Source: Macrostomum lignano
Taxonomy: Eukaryota
Reading direction: 5' to 3'
DNA: 64,000 nucleotides
Assembly (NCBI GenBank): GCA_002269645.1
Contig: NIVC01001739.1
Location: 1 to 64,000, forward strand
In this document: positions 39,001 through 52,150 of the stretch, one piece after another
Layout of the letters: the number at the start of each line of letters is the position of its first letter
How positions within the stretch are numbered: position 1 is the stretch's first letter
Notes under the pieces: generated by a model
Database searches by the model: none
Seen by the model: the letters and a program-made list of their open reading frames with translations, nothing else
What the model was told of the DNA's origin: nothing
Made by a program: the position numbers and the translations under genes

Positions 39001-42000
39001 ACTGAGACATGAGAGGGTGAGATAAACACACTGAGACATAAGAGGGTGAGATAAACACACTGAGACATGAGATGGTGAGATAAACACACTGAGACATGAG
39101 AGGGTGAGATAAACACACTGAGACATGAGAGGGTGAGATAAACACACTGAGACATGAGAGGGTGAGATAAACACACTGAGACATGAGAGGGTGAGATAAA
39201 CACACTGAGACATAAGAGGGTGAGATAAACACACTGAGACATGAGAGGGTGAGATAAACACACTGAGACATGAGAGGGTGAGATAAACACACTGAGACAT
39301 GAGGGTGAGATAAACACACTGAGACATGTGAGGGTGAGATAAACACACTGAGACATGTGAGGGTGAGATAAACACACTGAGACATGTGAGGGTGAGATAA
39401 ACACACTGAGACATGAGATGGTGAGATAAACACACTGAGACATGAGAGGGTGAGATAAACACACCGAGACATGAGAGGGTGAGATAAACACACTGAGACA
39501 TAAGAGGGTGAGATAAACACACTGAGACATGAGAGGGTGAGATAAACACACTGAGACATGAGGGTGAGATAAACACACTGAGACATGAGGGTGAGATAAA
39601 CACACTGAGACATGAGGGTGAGATAAACACACTGAGACATGAGAGGGTGAGATAAACATACTGAGACATGTGAGGGTGAGATAAACACTGAGACATGTGA
39701 GGGTGAGATAAACACACTGAGACATGTGAGGGTGAGATAAACACACTGAGACATGTGATGGTGAGATAAACACACTGAGACATGTGAGGGTGAGATAAAC
39801 ACACTGAGACATGAGATGGTGAGATAAACACACTGAGACATGAGAGGGTGAGATAAACACACTGAGACATGAGAGGGTGAGATAAACGCACTGAGACATA
39901 AGAGGGTGAGATAAACACACTGAGACATAAGGGTGAGATAAACACACTGAGACATGTGAGGGTGAGATAAACATACTGAGACATGTGAGGGTGAGATAAA
40001 CACTGAGACATGTGAGGGTGAGATAAACACACTGAGACATGTGAGGGTGAGATAAACACACTGAGACATGTGAGGGTGAGATAAACACACACACAGAAGT
40101 CCATGCATACAGAGCTCAACACCTAGAAGCCTAATCGAGAATTTAATACAAAAGTGATGCATAATGCATATAAAAACCATACTGACAGCACGCAAAGTCC
40201 CTCAGGGCGGGTCAGGCATATTATTTAATATATTTAAATATATATAGAAAGTGAAAATTGGCTGCCATGCAGCTGCCGATGGGAATTCTGCTCTTCACTC
40301 TTTCCTCGCCCGCATGGAAACCCCATGCGCTCCTTCATCATCTCCTATCTTCCTCTCCTCCCAGTCAATTAAGGCCAGGCGCAGGCGATGTGCCATTAAC
40401 CCTTGCAGCTGCATAAATAGAACAGGCTTCCCAATTGAAGTTGCAAGAACAAAATGGTTGCCACACGGAACTAGTAGAAATTCAATTTGATGGAAACAGA
40501 GTGTTCAGTTGGTGGATTGGGCTGCGACTGATGAACAGTTGCGAATTTGAATCTATGTGACACTGGAGTGACAATACTGTAACACTGGAGTGACAATACT
40601 GTAACACTGGAGTGACAATACTGTGACACTGGAGTGACAATACTGTGACACTGGAGTGACAATACTGTAACACTGGAGTGACAATACTGTGACACTGGAG
40701 TGACAATACTGTGACACTGGAGTGACAATACTGTGACACTGGAGTGACAATACTGTGACACTGGAGTGACAATACTGTAACACTGGAGTGACAATACTGT
40801 GACACTGGAGTGACAATACTGTGACAATTGACTAACAATGAAGTGACACTGGAGTGACAATACTGCGACAATTGACTAACGATGGAGTGACACTGGAGTG
40901 ACAATACTGCGACAATTGACAAACAATGGGGTAACACTGGAGTGACACTGCTGTGATACTATACCGTGGCACTACAGCTACACAACCCTCCCTAGAAGCG
41001 CTACCAAGAGAGCAGTTATAATTCTCACTTCTTATTTTTGCCTTTGCCAGCAGCAGGCGCGGGCTCTCCATCTTCGAGTCCCACCCGAGGCGCAGCGGCA
41101 GCAGCAGTCATGGCAGTAAAGTCGAAACCGTCAATACCGCCAGCTCCGACTCCGCCGCAGCCGCTGCTAACCGGATTCTGCAGCAGCTTGAGAAAGTCGG
41201 CCTGCTGCTGCTGCATAGCCGTCAGCTCAGCCACCAGCTGCTGCCTGACCGGGGCCGACCCGGCCTCGAACACAAACGTTGCCACATCGCCTGGCGTGAC
41301 ATCCGTGACAGCGAATAGAAGGGCCGACTCGCCAGACTCTGCGGCCGAATGATAATTGGAATTGAATCGCATATTATTAACCTTGACTTTGCCTCTGTAC
41401 AGGTAGACTGTCTGCAGGGCGGCTGCGGAGGTGTCGGCCAGTTGCATGATACTGTGCCGGCTGGCTCGCTGCTGCAGAAGCGGGGTGCCATTGTTGCCAG
41501 TGGCCTTCGGCTCCGTGACCAGCATCATCTGGTCGAACAGAAACACCTTGCGCTGCTCGAATTTCAGCTGGCTAACAGCGGGATTAACAGCCGGATTGTA
41601 CAGGTGTCCGGGCAGGTGGCACACGTTGAGCACAGCTTTGCAGCGCATCTGGCCCAGGGCGGTTACGCGAATACCCGGCTCCAGATGATCGATTCTCGAT
41701 GCCTCCATAATGCTCTCAGTTTTGCATGGCAGCTCGCGCATCAGGCGGTGCACCCGCTCCCAGGCTGCCAGGGCCGGGCCGCCGAGGCCGTCTTTGCGCG
41801 CCTTCTCAACGATGACGCCAACTAGGAGGCTGTACCGCATGCAGCGCTGCACCGGGTTCATCAGGTGCGAGTTCATGTCCTCCTTGTCTCTCAGCGCCAG
41901 CCTGACCTGCTCAAAATAGTCTTTGTGCTGTTCGCAGGCGATGTGCTGAGCCTTGCGATGGTTCTCGCAGTACTTGGAGTACCAGCTGGTGAGGTGGCGC

Positions 42001-45000
42001 TCCTTGGCTATGAACACATCCGCCACGCTGTCCAGGCCGCTGGTCTCCACAGCCTGCCGGGCCCTGGCCAGCAGCTCCCTGTGACCATCCAGCAGCCGGA
42101 GCCAGTTGCCCCACACCAATCGCCATTTCTCCTTCAGATCAGCCGGCGGGCTCGGCAGCTGATCAAGCGTTGCGCTTCATCCTTTAACGGTATATAGTGC
42201 CTGGCAACAAACTGCAGCTTGTTGACGTAGCTCTCCTCCGACTCCATCAGTTCGTAGATCGCGTGCTGGCGTCGCTGGGAGCTCTCTGCGCTGCTAGTCG
42301 ACACGGAGCCCGCATCGTCGCCATTGCCGCCTCCGCCGTTGCCGCCGTGATCAGCAGAGGACGCCAGATTATGCTGATGATTCGGATTCGAACCCACCGA
42401 CAACGAATCGGCTGGGACGGCGGGACTTGCGCTGCTGCCGCTGGCGCTGGCCGAGTCTCCGTCCGCTGGCTCAGCAGCTGCGGCTCCGCCGTTGCCGCCG
42501 CCGCTGCCGTTCGACTCGCCCGGAGGTGGCGACGGAGATGGCGAGCAAGACGAACAGTCGCCGTTATTGTTGTCCGCTCCACCGCCGCTGCCGCCGCCGG
42601 CACCTCCGGGTCCGTCGCCGCCGCCGCCGCCGCCGCCTCTCCGGCGGGCTTCGCATTCGGAATCGTCGCACTCAGTTTCGCCTTCGTTATCCTCAGCTTC
42701 CTCGTCTCCTTGATCCTCTTCGTCCTCTTCGATTAGATCGTCCTGGTAGCAGCGGCCCTCAACGATGGCCTGGCCGAGATCCGTCTCGGTCTCGTCGCCT
42801 TCGTTGTCCAGAGCTGGCAGGTCCTGCAGGGCCTCCATAGGCGGCGGCAGCTCCAGCTCCACTGATTCTTCGCTGACATTGTCCAGCAGGGCGTCTTTGA
42901 TAGCCGGCGCTGGCTGCTGAGTGCCCGATATCTGCTGCGGCTGCTGTTGGGGTTGCTGCTGCTGCTGCTGCTGCTGCTGAGACTTGAGCTGGGCAGCTGC
43001 CAGCTTCTTTGGCAGAGCGGCGGCGGTCTCCAATAATTCAGATTTGGACGAACGGCGGAACGGCTTCTTAGTCTTGGGAAGCCACTTGCGGAAGGAGGTG
43101 CGCGGCTGCTGCTGCGGCGGCGGCGGCTGCTGCTGTTGCGGCGTCTTGCGCAGAATTGCGGCCGGCAATTGACCTTCGCTGTTATCGCTGAGCAGCCTAA
43201 CGGAGGCGATCTCGCCCGGCAGGAGTTCGATAAGCTCGCACAGCTGACCAGCCGACACTGTGAGCTCGCCGGGCTTGGAAGCCTGGTAGTCCTCCTGAAC
43301 CGAGCACTCCACCGCCGCGCCCATGCTGCTGTCCGAAGACTTACTACCGGTTGACAACGAGTTGCGCGGATAAAGACTCGGCATGCAGCAGAATTTATCT
43401 TGGATATTCTCGCGCATCAGATTCACCCACTGCTGCTTGGTCTCCAGGCAGTTGGCCTTGAGAATCAGCCGGTACTCGTCTCTGATTGGCGCCCCGGCTG
43501 GCCACATGCCGAATTTGCACGGGTCGCTGTCCACCTGTTCGGTGATTGAGCAGTTCGACAGGGCGAACTTCTGCTTGAACTGGTAGCGAGTCTTTGTACC
43601 GCTGACGTAGCCGCCGCCTCCGCCGCCGCCGCCGCCGCTGTCCGACTCGCTAACCGCGACCTCCTTGGCGAAGACAATGAACAAGTCAAATAGGAACACG
43701 TGGCGGTCGCGACCCTTCCGAATCAGCTGCCGCGGCTCCCAGACCACGAATGAGTCGTGCAGAAGTACATCGCCGAATCTGGCCAGACGGTCACCGTCGG
43801 GAAGGCCGTCCAGCATGCTGAGGTGTAGGGCGTCGTTCGCCTTCTTCGGCACGGCAATCATTGCGTCCAGGCCTTCTTGAATTTCGCTAGTAGAAGCCAG
43901 CTCGCAGTTGTCTAGCAGCTCCTTCAGCAGCAGCTGGTATTTGGTGATGCGCTGGACTGGCTTGATCAGGTAGCTCTGCAGCGGCCCGTTGATGCTCAGA
44001 CGAGCCTGCACCTCTTCGAAAAAGCTGCCCGCCTGTTGCCAGGGGGGGGGAGAATTGTGCGGATTGAGAAACTGGAGCTTTGGGCACGTATAACTCAAAG
44101 TAATGTGTCTTCACTAAGCCAAATCCATCCATTGTTTATGTTTAAGTCACTGGATTGGTCAAGACTGAAACCATTTAATGGTCACAGACCCTTCTGTAAG
44201 TCCTAACTGAGGTCTCCAAACAATCCGATCTCCCAGTCCCCAAATAGTCCCATCTCCCAGTCCTTAAACAGTCCGATCTCCAAGTCCCCAAACAGTCCCA
44301 TCTCCCAGTCCTTAAACAGTCCGATCTCCAAGTCCCCAAACAGTCCCATCTCCCAGTCCCCAAACAGTCCCATCTCCCAGTCCACAAACAGTCCCATCTC
44401 CCAGGCCCCAAACAGTCCCATCTCCCAGTCCACAAACAGTCCCATCTCCCAGTCCACAAACAGTCCGATCTCCCAGTCCACAAACAGTCCCATCTCCCAG
44501 TCCCCAAACAGTCCCATCTCCAAGTCCCCAAACAGTCCCATCTCCAAGTCCCCAAACAGTCCGATCTCCCAGTCCACAAACAGTCCCATCTCTCAATGGT
44601 CACCGGCTCCAACAACCATAGCACCAATCGCACACTCACCTGCGAGATGAGCAGCTCAGCAGAGTCGGTCTTATTAACGCAGTACTCAACATAGAGCGCA
44701 GCCAGCTGCTTGCCAAAGCTGACAAAGCAGTGCCCGGTGTCCTCAGGCAGGAAGCTGCTGGCGTATTTCTCCAATTCGCCAAGAAAGGTGCCGTTATGAA
44801 ACTCGTATATCGCTTCAATATTACCGAATATGATTCGCTCCTTGCCAACAATGCCGGGCGGTGTCTGAAGTGCAGGTGGCAGCATAGTGAAGGATAGCAA
44901 ATATTGTCAAACTGTAGCTTCAGAGAACACAGCAGACTGAGGCAATTCGCGTAAACAGTCAACAAGGAATCCAGGGGCTTTATAGACAGACCGGGAAACA

Positions 45001-48000
45001 GGCCAAGGCTGCGCTGATTCTTATTGGCTAAAGCCGATGGGTCGAAAAAATTGAAAAATCCCTTCGGGAAAATTATTTTCGGCACTTAATCTTGCCTAAC
45101 GGAAATCCTAGATCTCCTAACGGAAATCCTAGATCTCCTAACGGAAATCCTAGATCTCCTAACGGAAATCCTAGATCTCCTAACGGAAATCCTAGATCTC
45201 CTAACGGAAATCCTAGATCTCCTAACGGAAATCCTAGATCTCCTAACGGAAATCCTAGATCTCCTAACGGAAATCTTAGATCTCCTAACGGAAATCCTAG
45301 ATCTCCTAACGGAAATCCTAGATCTCCTAACGGAAATCTTAGATCTCCTAACGGAAATCCTAGATCTCCTAACGGAAATCCTAGATCTCCTAACGGAAAT
45401 CTTAGATCTCCTAACGGAAATCCTAGATCTCCTAACGGAAATCCTAGATCTCCTAACGGAAATCCTAGATCTCCTAACGGAAATCCTAGATCTCCTAACG
45501 GAAATCCTAGATCTCCTAACGGAAATCCTAGATCTCCTAACGGAAATCCTAGATCTCCTAACGGAAATCCTAGATCTCCTAACGGAAATCCTAGATCTCC
45601 TAACGGAAATCCTAGATCTCCTAACGGAAATCCTAGATCTCCTAACGGAAATCCTAGATCTCCTAACGGAAATCCTAGATCTCCTAACGGAAATCCTAGA
45701 TCTCCTAACGGAAATCCTAGATCTCCTAACGGAAATCCTAGATCTCCTAACGGAAATCCTAGATCTCCTAACGGAAATCCTAGATCTCCTAACGGAAATC
45801 CTAGATCTCCTAACGGAAATCCTAGATCTCCTAACGGAAATCCTAGATCTCCTAACGGAAATCCTAGATCTCCTAACGGAAATCCTAGATCTCCTAACGG
45901 AAATCCTAGATCTCCTAACGGAAATCCTAGATCTCCTAACGGAAATCCTAGATCTCCTAACGGAAATCCTAGATCTCCTAACGGAAATCCTAGATCTCCT
46001 AACGGAAATCCTAGATCTCCTAACGGAAATCCTAGATCTCCTAACGGAAATCCTAGATCTCCTAACGGAAATCCTAGATCTCCTAACGGAAATCCTAGAT
46101 CTCCTAACGGAAATCCTAGATCTCCTAACGGAAATCCTAGATCTCCTAACGGAAATCTCAAAACTCGAACCGGAAATCTCAAAACCCCAACCGGAAGTCT
46201 CAAAACTCGAACCGGAAATCTTAAACCCCAACCGGAAGTCTCAAAATTCGAACCGGAAATCTTAAACCCCCAACCGGAAGTCCCAAAACTCCAACCGGAA
46301 ATCTCAAACCCCCAACCGGAAGTCTCAAAACTCAAACTGGAAATCTTAAACCCCCAACCGGAAGTCTCAAAATTCGAACCGGAAATCTTAAACCCCCAAC
46401 CGGAAGTCCCAAAACTCCAACCGGAAATCTTAAACCCCAACCGGAAGTCTCAAAATTCGAACCGGAAATCTTAAACCCCCAACCGGAAGTCTCAAAACTC
46501 AAACTGGAAATCTGAAAACCCGAACCGGAAATTTCGAAACCTGAACCGGAAATCTTAAACCCCCAACCGGAAGTCTCAAAACTCAAACCGGAAACCTGAA
46601 AACCCGAACCGGAAGTTTCGAAACCTGAACCGGAAATCTCAATAGTTATATAAACACTGCAACTCCATCACAATACTCACCTGCAAGCCAGAAGGCGGCG
46701 AGAACATGGCCTCCTTATACTGTGTAATGCAGGTGTGCAAATCTTTCACGTAGACCCGCTCAGTGTTAATCAACTCGTTCAATATGTACCGCCGCTTCTT
46801 ATCGCCGGCCAGCTGCCTCTGCTCGGCTTTGGAATCTAACGAGCTGATGCCGCTGCTAGCGGAACCGGAAGCGCCGGAAGTGACGCTACTAACGGAACCC
46901 AGACCGGATGAAGCTCTGGTGCTGGAGTCCTGCTGCTGCGGCTGCTTCTGCTCAGCGGGGGTCTCTAAGCCTAGCAATTGTCGCCTGGCCTTATCAATAG
47001 GCACGTAGCGATCGAACTGAGCAACCAGCTGGCGGATCTGTGCGCAGTGGGGGTGGCCGTTTCTAGCGAAGCTGGTCGCGATGCCGTACAGAATCTCCAC
47101 CTTCTGCGCGGTGTCGGGCGGCACGGCTGAAGAGCTTGAGCAGGGCGTCAGCAAGTTCAACAGCTGCTGAGCTGACGACTCAAACGTGACGTATTGTTGA
47201 CAGAGATCGATGACTCGTTTACGCTGAGTCCAAGACTCCAACACCTGACTCTCGGCTTGGGTCAGCTGGTCCTGATCGCTGACTACAAGAGCTTCAACAG
47301 AGCCGGCGTGCTGACCTCCGCTGCGGTGCAGGTACTTCATGAAGGCCTCCGAGGTGCGCCTGGCGAACCGGCAGCCGCGCAGGAACGCGTCCTTCTGTAT
47401 GGTGTGCTTCTGGGCCCGTTCCGTGATCTGCTGCACTCGATCTGGGCCGGGCAGATTCGAGCACGCGTCCTCCGAACGGCTGTAGTCCTTTTGCAGATCC
47501 TTCAGCACCTGCGACACCTGGATAGGTGGGATGGAAGCGGGTGTTATTGAGGTATGCGATTTAGGAAACAGGTTCACAGGAAATCATTTGAAGCCTGAAA
47601 TCCATTCACAGGACTGTACTAGGGAGAAACTTATTCACGGGATTAGGTTAGAGACTCATGCCCGTTCCCAGAGCTTGATTAGATGCTGATACTCAAGTCA
47701 AGGTCTAGATCCCGATGAAAACGGTACCCAGGCCAAGAAGCGTCCCAGAGTCAGTTACGTCGCCCCATAGCCGTTGCAGGTAATACAGGTAAAATAGGAA
47801 AGAAGTGATTCTGGACGACATTAAAATGACGAGATGTCTGTGATTAAAAGTCGCCAAAGAGCCACTTTAAGAGTCGATTTGAGACGTTTTATTGTCTGCG
47901 ACTCTGAAACGACTCTGAGGCGACTCTAGTGAGTCTGGGGTGACTCTAGTGAGTATGGGGGAGACTCTAGTGAGTCTGGGGGTGACTCTAGTGAGTCTGG

Positions 48001-51000
48001 GGTGACTCTAGTGAGTCTGGAGTGACTTAAGTGAGTCTGGAGGTGACTCTAGTGAGTATGGGGGAGACTCTAGTGAGTCTGGGGGTGACTCTAGTGAGTC
48101 TGGGGGTGACTCTAGTGAGTCTGGTGTGACTCTAGTGAGTCTGGAGGTGACTCTAGTGAGTATGGGGGTGACTCTAGTGAGTCTGGTGTGACTCTAGTGA
48201 GTCTGGAGGTGACTCTAGTGAGTATGGGGGTGACCCTAGTGAGTCTGGGGTGACTCTAGTGAGTATGGGGGTGACTCTAGTGAGTCTGGTGTGACTCTAG
48301 TCAGTATGGGGTGACTCTAGTGAGTATGGGGGTGACTCTAGTGAGTCTGGGGGTGACTCTAGTGAGTCTGGTGTGACTCTAGTCAGTATGGGGTGACTCT
48401 AGTGAGTCTGGTGTGACTCTAGTCAGTATGGGGTGACTCTAGTGAGTATGGGGGTGACTCTAGTGAGTCTGGGGGTGACTCTAGTGAGTATGGGGGTGAC
48501 TCTAGTGAGTCTGGGACTGTGGAGTCGTATCTGAGGCATGCTAGAGTCACAGATTTGCGTCTAGAGGGCATCAGCATCACTTAATGAATTAGTATCGCAC
48601 TTTTGGCGTCCGTCAGTCAAACTGAAAAGTCGCACATGAAGCGCTGTAGCTTCACTGTAGAGTCGTCAGTTCATCACTTCTGGGACAATTACGTCTATAA
48701 AACTGTCTAGACTCTAGACAAGACAGTTAAATTAAAAAAATACTTTTTAATGTCTACATTTGGAGTGGATTGAGGATGCAGTCTTTTACCCTACTGTTGA
48801 GTAGCACAGTAAGCATATTATATGATTTTTTTAAAGCAAGCATGGCAAAATACCTACCTGATCAACCGAGATGAACCAGTTCAATGCGGCATTAATCAAT
48901 TTCGATCTTTCCTCTGCAGCGCTGAGAAGTTTGTTCCAACGAAGCTGCAGACTCTGCTCAAAATCGCGCACATCGGCGCACCTTGGATGATCGGATTTCA
49001 CCTGTTCCAGTTTAGTAACTAACACGTAGGCAGATGTGAAAGTTCGTTCCAGGGCGTCGCGAAATTTGTCGTGATCGCGTTTTAGCTGCTCCGCCTCGGA
49101 GTGATTGTGCGGCAGCTTGGTGGCCGAGGCTGCCAGCATGGCATCGCCGTTGCTGATCCACTGGATTATCTGGTGGCCTGGTTTAGGATGGGGTGGCGGA
49201 GTTTAATTTACATCTTGGAGAAGGTTGGTTGGAAATATGCGTACATTGAGGGAAGGAGTTCATGTGGGGTCAGGGGTGGTTGGGGAGAGTGTACGTTGAG
49301 GGGTAGGAGTTCATGTGGGGTGGGGGGTGGTCGGGGAGAGTGCACATTGAGGGGTAGGAGTTCATGCGGGGTGGCGGGTGGTCGGGGAGAGTGCACATTG
49401 AGGGGCAGGAGTTCATGTGGGATGGGGGTCGTCGGGGAGAGTGCACATTGAGGGGTAGGAGTTCATGTGGGGTGGGGGGTGGTCGGGGAGAGTGCACATT
49501 GAGGGGTAGGAGTTCATGCGGGGTGGCGGGTGGTCGGGGAGAGTGCACATTGAGGGGCAGGAGTTCATGTGGGATGGGGGTCGTCGGGGAGAGTGCACAT
49601 TGAGGGGTAGGAGTTCATGCGGGGTGGCGGGTGGTCGGGGAGAGTGCACATTGAGGGGTAGGAGTTCATGCGGGGTGGCGGGTGGTCGGGGAGAGTGCAC
49701 ATTGAGGGGTAGGAGTTCATGCGGGTGGCGGGTGGTCGGGGAGAGTGCATATTGAGGGGTAGGAGTTCATGCGGGGTGGCGGGTGGTCGGGGAGAGTGCA
49801 CATTGAGGGGTAGGAGTTTCATGTGGGGTGGGGGTGGTCGAAAGTGTACATTGAGGGACAGTAATTCAATAGTCAAGCAATACCTTCAGCCTCCAGCTGG
49901 CGCCACTCCAGCTCAGCATTTAGCCCAGTCCGGCGCTCTTCAACATCCTGAGCCTGGCCGTCCAGCTCAGTCAGCAGCCGCTGCAGCCGGCCCAACGCGT
50001 CCTCCTCGTCCGTGATGTGAAAATCCATGCCGACAGACTCGAACACGTTAATCAATTCACCACCTTTCAGCAGAACTTCTTCGGCACGTTTCACCGCTTG
50101 AATGTGCTCTTCGATGCTCTGCTCGAGCTCTTCTAGCCTCATCTCGGTCGGCTGAGTTGGAAGCTGGGCGGGCAATCTAGACAGCACAGATTGAGCATTT
50201 TCCCAGTCCTCTTCGAATAGGTGCAGCTGTTGGCACAGGTCCAATCGGAGTCGATGATGATCGGCCACTTCTAGCGCGGTGGCAACTTCGGCTCTCACCT
50301 GGCTGAGCACATTCCTAATATAGGCATCTTCGTCTGGGTCTAGCGACAGATTGAGCAGGTAGGCGCCTTCGTCGCTTAGCTGAGAGTAGCTGGTGTTGGC
50401 CATTTGAATGCTGTCTGCGTGAGCTGCGATGGCCTTCTCAAGCTCTGACGGCTCCATTTGGGGGCATTTCTCCTGCGAATGGCATGCATGGATGGGGGGC
50501 TCGAGTAAGGCCCACAGGCCACTCAGGATAAGCGATTCTAGGTAGGGAAAAGCGATTCTAGGTAGGGAAAAGCGATTCAAGGTAGGGATTAGCGATTCCC
50601 AAGATAAGGATGAGCAATTCTCAATGTAAGGATTAACGATTCTCAGGATAAACGATTAGCGATTATAAAGATAAAGATTAGCGATTCTCAGGATAAACTA
50701 TTAGCAATTTTCAAGGTAAGGATTAGCGATTCTCAAGGTAAGGATTAGCGATTCTCAAGGTAAGGATTAGCGATTCTCAAGGTAAGGATTAGCGATTCCA
50801 AGGTAGGGATTAGCCATTGAATTCATGCCCAGTCAATATCAAGGACATTCCCCCCAACAACCAACCTGAGAACTGGCCGTCTTCAACCGGCTGACGAACT
50901 CCAGCAGCTCTCTAGTCCGATGATAGAAGCCGGCCGCCACATCCAGCGCCTCTCGCCGGTTTGCCATCGCTCTGGTGAAACTGTCAATTCGTCGCTTAAG

Positions 51001-51893
51001 GTTTTCGGCGTCAGTTAACAGGCCGTCGGCATCCATCTCAGCCGACGGCACCAGATCGTCAACCGCTCTAATCAGCTTATCGGCATTCACTATGGTGTTA
51101 TTAGCCACCTGCTCAAACTGCATATGAGCATTGTACAGAGTCTCAGCTCTGGCCATGGATTTGCCAACGTACACCTGTTTGGCTAAGAACGGGTCGCCGT
51201 GCTCGCTTAGCCAGGCCAGCACCTGGGCGCAGTCCTGTTTAAAGTGCAAGGAGGACAGCCGGTGGTACAGGTGCTTCTTCCGTTCGCTGCTAGCGGAGTC
51301 CAGGCAGCGATGCGAGTGCAGCAGGCGATGGATCAGGCTCAAGCAGTGCTGGCGGCTGACTTCAAAGTTAATTTCTGCAACAAGAGCATTAGGAGCCGGA
51401 GTCTGCAGGTGAGTAATTATTGCTTTGCCAGCGAAGCAGGCCTCATTATAAGCGGCTTGCTCCTGTTCCCACACTGTCTGCGCTGTTGCCAGGTGGCCTT
51501 CAACTTCTTCTATTGATCGGCACCTGTCGCCCAATTGCAGCCTGTCCAGCTGATAGGTCCAGTGGTCCACCCTGCTCAGATAGTCCTCAGTCCTGTGATG
51601 GAAGCAGTAGCTCAAGTCCAGCACTTTGGACCTGTCAGCCAGCACCGTGAGCACCGCCTGCCAGTCCAGGGTGAGCTCCCTGGACCGCATTGTCATTTCT
51701 TTGCCAGCGTAGTGACCGGCTTCGAACAGCTGCTCGGCCACGATTTCTAATTGGCGCATCTGGTCTTTGGCGTTGTCGCAATTGGCCAGGTAGGTCTTGT
51801 GACTGTCAATCAGGGAGATCACCTGGCGGACATGTTGGCAATTAACATTTAATTAGCAATGTATCTGTCTGTCTGTCTGCCTGTCTGTCTGCC

Positions 51894-51954
<61 letters not shown>

Positions 51955-52083
51955 GCCTGCCTGTCTTGGTTTCTGACTGTCTGTCAGTCTGTCTGTCTGC
52001 CTGCCTGTCTGTCTGTCTGCCTGCCTGCATGTCTTGGTTTCTGACTGTCTGTCAGTCTGTCTGTCTTAGTGTATTAGTGTCTC

Positions 52084-52150
<67 letters not shown>

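Noticed and set aside
38278-40195. Three ORFs of about 600 aa
   Set aside because: All three frames of one 27-29-bp minisatellite.
44636-45085. 149-aa ORF upstream of Trio exon 44864-44640
   Set aside because: It is a different frame of the exon plus intron sequence, with no domain similarity.
45073-46474. (SPNGNPR)n heptad protein resembling the Pol II CTD
   Set aside because: A 21-bp intronic array open in several frames on both strands, with no synonymous variation or flanking gene structure.
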